A DNA stretch of 56,397 nt, the filler included, from Catajapyx aquilonaris (taxonomy: Eukaryota): NCBI GenBank assembly GCA_000934665.2. It is 2 parts of 2 records of this genome, joined end to end, with 100 filler letters (N's around TTAATTAATTAA, not from the genome) between each part and the next. Parts side by side here need not be neighbours in the genome. Positions count along the whole stretch, not along the records: positions 29,888 to 56,397 come from JYFJ02005193.1; 1 more part is not named here. The stretch is one strand, 5' to 3'. Under the pieces are notes generated by a model, which ran no database searches, was not told where the DNA came from, and saw only the letters and a list, made by a program, of their open reading frames with translations. Positions 50,961-56,397 of the stretch are shown one piece after another; position 1 is the stretch's first letter, and every line of letters starts with the position of its first letter. A program made the translations under genes and the position numbers.

Positions 50961-52838
50961 ATGTTGGCGTCTCTGTGCTTACTACCTCTGAAAGTGATAT
51001 TCAGCATATGTATCTGGATCGTCGTGATCCCTCTACTTGTAATATCCTTACCGGTATGGGTCGTGTCTCGTCTGGTAGTGTGGTTACGATTCGGGAACAC
51101 GTTGAAGCAACTGTCCGGTATGGAAGCCTACTTTATCTCCATCGACGAGACCAAAATGGGTGGGATGGCAGCGTTTTTTGCAATAGAATCTCCTTTTGAA
51201 AAAATGGAAGAAGTGATGGAAGATATATACGGAAGGCTGCAGAGGTGCGTGCGGGATCATCCGGGTGTGCACCTGACATCGACCGTGGAGAAGATCCTGG
51301 GCTACTACTACTGGAGGAAGAAGGAGAATATCCGTCCAAAAGACGTCTGTCATCTACTGAAAGGAGTGGATCCCGAGAAGACCTACACTGTCTCGGAAGT
51401 GGTTCGGATCTACACTGACAACGTGCACTGCGCTCCGTTCGCCAAGGGAATGCCACTTAGTGAGATTCATTATGCACCGAGATGTGTGATGGACGACGAG
51501 GTTGGGAAACAAAACGTGGAGAACAAAGTTGTCGTCATCATGAGAGGAAATCATGCAGTCAGCGACGGTATAGCGCTCGTCAAGATTGCCAAAAGGTTGT
51601 TAATTATATTTATTAAACTAGGATACCCATTCTTGGCGCCGGAATTTAAAAATGAATAGAATGAATGGTAGTATAGTTTGTATAACCTGCATATTCAAAA
51701 GGCCATGGAAATAAGGTAACACAATTTGCTGAAGATGACTGTTTCATGGATAGTGACACTGCCGACGTGTTAAAGCTAGTTCTGACTTCTGAGTCACCAT
51801 TATTTTGTTGTTGAAGTATTGATGAATCGAAATTATCTCCACCTTCTGTTTCAGCTACCTGTTAGAGCAGGAGTTTTCATACAACCCGATTCCGCCACTT
51901 CCTCCGATATCTCCTTTGATGATGTTCCTCCTGCACACTGCGGCCATCATCAGCATCCCTTACTTCCTCGTTCCCCACACGTTCATGAGGATGTTGAACG
52001 ACAGCCGTCTTCCTCCCCTGAGTGGGAAGAAGATATTCTGTTCCTTCTCCATGGACACTTCCATTGTGAGGTTCATCAAGAAGAAGGCCGGATGCTACTT
52101 CTCAGACGTCATTCTCTCCTCGTTTGGCGCCTGTCTGCAAAAGTACTACAGCAACAAGAAGTATTCTCCGTCGGTCATCAAGTCCGCCCTGGTGTTGGCC
52201 TACCCTTCACCAGAGGAGGTCATCGAATCAAACACCTTCACCGTTACAACCTTGCCTTTCTCAGCGAAGAAGATGGATCCTCTGGAACGACTGAGAGAAA
52301 CGCAGAGAATGATAGTCCAGATCAAGTTGTCCCTTGAACCATTGTCGGTTTACTGGGGATTCAAAATACTGGGCCACATTCTTCCGGCTCCATTGTTTCA
52401 GGCCTTGAGCGAGAAGGTAGACTACAGGGCAAGCGTCAGTTACATTCCCGGAAGAGGACCCCAAGTGACCTACGATGGGAAGAAAGTGCTAGACGTTTTC
52501 TCCACTACTATTCATCAAGATAAGAACGGTTAGTGTCTTGCTTACAAATCACTTTGTATGGCCTGGGAGAATTATTAATCATGGGTCGTGTGAACAAAGT
52601 GTCACTTCTGATCTCATATTTATAAACATGCAGATGAGTTCTCTAAAATAGTGATATGGTTTCAGGGATTGGAATCAACGCATGCACCTATGTGAATAAG
52701 ATGAACGTCAATTTCATGGTGGATTCTGCACTGGTCAGTGGAAGAGAAGAAGTGCAAGACATGGCAGACACTGCCTTGAGAAACACTCTTCAGTTGGCAG
52801 ACATGCTGGGATACAACGAAAAGGAAAAGGATATATGA
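50961..52838 (+). CDS. WS/DGAT-like O-acyltransferase, copy 4 (~493 aa)
   Basis: Exons 50961-51595, 51855-52528, 52666-52838; motif RGNHAVSDG; AATAAA at 53040. Confidence 0.9.
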
Positions 52839-53566
52839 AAATAATGTGCCACACACACACACACCCACACCCCTGTATAAAATAACATTTTGCCGCAGTA
52901 TATATTTCATGTGGTGCCGTGATGATAAAACCGACTTTAGTAAAAAAAAATACGTCCTTGTTGCATTTCTAAACTTGCAACTTCTTACACTATACGGGTT
53001 ACCAGATAAAAACAGTTTAGGAATGTGTTTTAAATGAGCAATAAAATGTTTTACAACCAGTCATCCTTCATTATCTAATGATGCACACAAATATTATTGT
53101 ATAAGAAAGTAGGTGACTGTATATGTGCATAATGTTGCCTAATGCATCCTATACTGCAAGGCTCTTTCCTGTAAGAGAATGACCTGCATACGTCAAGCAT
53201 CATAATATATTTACAGGGGGATTTACTGAACAGGTTCGCAGGTATAGAGCTGGATGATTTCAGAAAAAGCAATATCGTCAAATATTCCTGCAAAATAATA
53301 TAATGCAGATTCTCACATCTGAACTACCTAGTGGACTATCCTTCCACTTAGAAATCCATAACATACTATAATTAGCAATTACCCAAGAACAAACTGGTTA
53401 GACCCTCCAGATCAGTATTGAGCAAAAAATTTGGTCCTCTTTGTGTTCTCTCTAATAGAAGGAAAATGAAGTTTTTAAACAGCTCTAATTTTATCAAGTA
53501 GGCCTACGAATATGACTAGCAGAATATACTTTTGTTCTTTTCAATCCCTTTAAAATCGGGGTATAA

Positions 53567-54910
53567 TCTAATACATATTTCAAGACTTATATCTGTCTGT
53601 CTTTTGTCACCAAAACAGATCCATACGGAGGCCTCCACATATGCCCCATGGGTATCACTAGGGGTAGTTTTTTACCGGGAAGGTTCTTAGCGCATTGGAA
53701 TTGACCTCCGAGGTCATCCTTGGCCACAGGAGGCGAAAAGGACTTTGGAAAACTCTTCTAACAATGAGCAATTGGCTGTAAACAACACCTGTCTTGGGTT
53801 ACCCGGCCAACCACTGAATGCACAAGTCCATGAATCGCCCCCTCCCCACTGTCCCCACCCCCTCCTGTCCCATGCACCCACCCTCCCACTCCCCCCCCCC
53901 CNTCCCGTTCCGTAATAATCAACATTTAACTTTCCATATTTCATTACATTACAAACACACCCAAAAAAAACACGTTCCCACGGCAACGACGTTCCATCGC
54001 GGTCTACAAGCAGTTCCATAATCTACAGCGGCGCATTAGCAGAAAAAAATACGGTAACAATGAAGCCCTTGGCGACGACCTAAACAAACTCGCTTATGCA
54101 TGGCCAGCATATGGGGCATCGACATGTCCACGCTTCTGTGGCCGTACGGGCGCAAAAATGGTGCAATGGACACAGAAATTACACCGAAGAATAGGACATG
54201 ATCTGGCGCAGGGCACCTTCGTCGTCATTTTACCATTTTCGGCCTAGAAGTGACCTTTGGAGTTGAAGTGAAAGGAAAGTGGCGTTCCCCAAAAGCCCAT
54301 TTGAATAACATGGCGGCAGGAAACGCGACAAAGTCGGGAACGCTTCTGCGCCCGTATGTCCACAATTTCAATGCAATCATATCGAGTATGGTACCATATA
54401 GTAAAGGCCAAACCTTTGCGCAGGGCACCTTCTTCGTGATTTTTCCGATTAACGGTGCGTTTCGCCACAAAAATTTAAAATTCCCGCAAAAATGCACCTA
54501 CCGCATTTTAACTAATGCGCCGCCTTAACCTTAACGTGGTGGTGGGCCTTGAGTTCTCCAGCGACCCCATAGCTGCCTGCTGGCACAGTCATCCAGGCCA
54601 GATTTGCCATTTTGGGGTTGGGGAATGACTAAGAGAGGTGCCAGTCTTTCAATGCTATCCTACATTTACTGCACAACCTTCAATTTTCCATTATAAACTT
54701 TTGCTGGATTTTTAAGGCGTATTGTGTACTCTCTGACAATCTGACATCCGCAGTTTGGTGTTTGGACTTCATGCACATGAAATATGCTCCATGTCACTGG
54801 TATGCCAACATTGTATAGCCATAATTATTTCAAAGGTTACTACCAAATCAATGACTTACACCTACATGGAAAAGTATTTCCTAACCCGAGCAACGCCAGG
54901 TATCCTGCTA

Positions 54911-54911
<1 letters not shown>
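53567..54911 (+). mobile_element. Non-autonomous Helitron (same family as 45628-47838)
   Basis: A|TCTAATACATATTTCAAGAC 5' end; ACCCGAGCAACGCCAGGTATCCTGCTAG|T 3' end; termini shared with 45628-47838 but a different interior. Confidence 0.9.
54026..54525. mobile_element. MITE-like element nested in the Helitron
   Basis: GCGGCGCATTAG (54028-54039) and CTAATGCGCCGC (54512-54523) are exact inverted repeats, extended inward by AAAAT(A/G)CGGTA; TA on both flanks; internal direct repeat GCGCAGGGCACCTTC(G/T)TCGT(C/G)ATTTT at ~54206 and ~54418. Confidence 0.6.

Positions 54912-54987
<76 letters not shown>
54912..54987. repeat. (TAA)n microsatellite directly after the Helitron CTAG end
   Basis: About 25 TAA units. 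Confidence 0.97.
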
Positions 54988-54988
<1 letters not shown>

Positions 54989-55134
54989 GATTCCCCGTGA
55001 TAAGCCTACTATAGGGCTTTTTAGGGGATCATCTTTTAATTGACCCCCAAAAGCCCATTTGAATAACATGGCGGCAGGATATTAAGGACCTCCTTAATAT
55101 TCGCTGGCAACCCCATATCTTTGGGAAACGCCGT

Positions 55135-55153
55135 GATGATGATGATGATGATG
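55135..55153. repeat. (GAT)n short microsatellite
   Basis: gatgatgatgatgatgatg. Confidence 0.8.
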
Positions 55154-56397
55154 ATTATGATCTTTTACTTGAACGACTGTAATCATTGCCTTTGCTGTCA
55201 TGGATTTTGATATCAAAATTTGGGTATACGGTATTGTATAAGGTATAGGTACCCCAGTGATGGACTCAACCAGGTACAAAGCTTAGCCTACCTAGATTTG
55301 AGATGAAGTCCTCTCCAAAAAATATCTTTGCCTTAATTTTTTATTTTCTTTTTAAATGTTATAAAGTTAAAGGTTATTTTCCTAGTCTTCCTCGCATCCG
55401 CGATCCTTAAAATCATGCTCGCGACCCGATTTTCGGGTTTAGTTACGATTTTAGGAGAAGATTTTCACGACCTTTCTTCTCTGCAGCCTAATTGTAACAA
55501 TAACTTGGAATAATTTATTATATTCTTTAGGAACGACCTTTTGTTTCTTATCGGTGTTCAACATAGTGAAGCGCTCCAGGAATTTTCTTTCGATGACTTC
55601 AACAAAATGCAAATTCCCACAATATCTTACAGAGAAAATGATTCTCATTTTACCATCCTAAACAATCTTTTCGTTTAAAATTTTCAATACAGCTCAACGA
55701 CAAAGAAAATGGCGTACAAATAATATTGTTCTCGTCGGTTATTTGCAGAAATATCGTCGCACCATAATATATATTCATATGGTTTGGTGATAATAATAAA
55801 ATTCACTCCAGTGAAAAATACTCTCCAGCAGACTTGCTTTTCTCTACAAGATAATCGGGCCGTGTGAAACTGATGGTTTGCAGAAAAAGTCACTTCCATA
55901 ACTATTTTTTTAAAAATACCGCCATTAAAGTATTGCAGCCATTTAGCCTTCATTTCTTATTGCTTATTTCACAAATTAATATTGTAAACCATTATATAAC
56001 TCGCAGCTTAATGCGTCAAATAGTACAAGGCTACGTCCTATATAAAAAAGGACCTGCAAGCATCACAGGTCATCATTTATATAAAGGTGACTTTACAGAA
56101 CATGTGCCCCGATTGATCAATCATTGTGGTTAGAAGTTGCGAGTTGTTACCAGTAGAAACCAGTTGTAATAATTAACAATCATTGGCTTGCCTTTGCTCT
56201 CATTACACTGATTATAATTTCTAGAGTAGGAAACAAGCACTTGGGTAACAACCTTGGATGTGATACGCACGGAGAAGTGAAACACCTCCGAGTAACTGCT
56301 ATGATATCATCCACTCTTGTTGAATGATCTGAGTTCTTTTAATTACCAAAATAAAAGTGGATCGACTTCAAGGGATAACAACAAATTGGTTTTAATG

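Noticed and set aside
40095..52464. Antisense and alternative-frame ORFs repeated in each acyltransferase copy (e.g. ...RSARCQCRSEPLPR..., MQLLRRHSLL...)
   Set aside because: Shadows of the near-identical coding exons; they recur only because the DNA is duplicated.
39764..52838. Bacterial contamination as the source of the WS/DGAT genes
   Set aside because: All copies have spliceosomal introns at conserved positions and polyA signals, are interleaved with Helitrons, and are contiguous with multi-exon eukaryotic genes.

Overview
Eukaryotic (invertebrate metazoan-like) genomic scaffold in two parts, joined by a 100-bp artificial spacer at 29788-29887 (44 N + TTAATTAATTAA + 44 N). The left ~30 kb has no convincing coding exon. 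It holds microsatellites, small MITE/SINE-like relics and many homeodomain-, GAGA- and YY1/PHO-like motifs, so it looks like a large intron or gene desert. The right ~26 kb is gene-dense with short GT-AG introns. (1) A 6-exon, ~514-aa seven-TM protein (31949-34424, +) with gustatory-receptor-like/DUF3537-like (7TM ion channel) architecture. (2) A 13-exon, ~647-aa coiled-coil protein with a PB1-like C-terminus (35696-38718, -). (3) A tandem array of four intact 3-exon WS/DGAT-type acyltransferase genes (39764-52838, +) with a variant NHxxxDG active-site motif and mosaic (gene-conversion-like) similarity, plus traces of a lost copy and possibly a further copy past the window end. (4) Three members of one non-autonomous Helitron family (45628-47838, 53567-54911, and a gap-truncated copy at 29888-29982) with different cargo. 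All gene models were spliced by hand; family calls come from motif recognition, not database searches.
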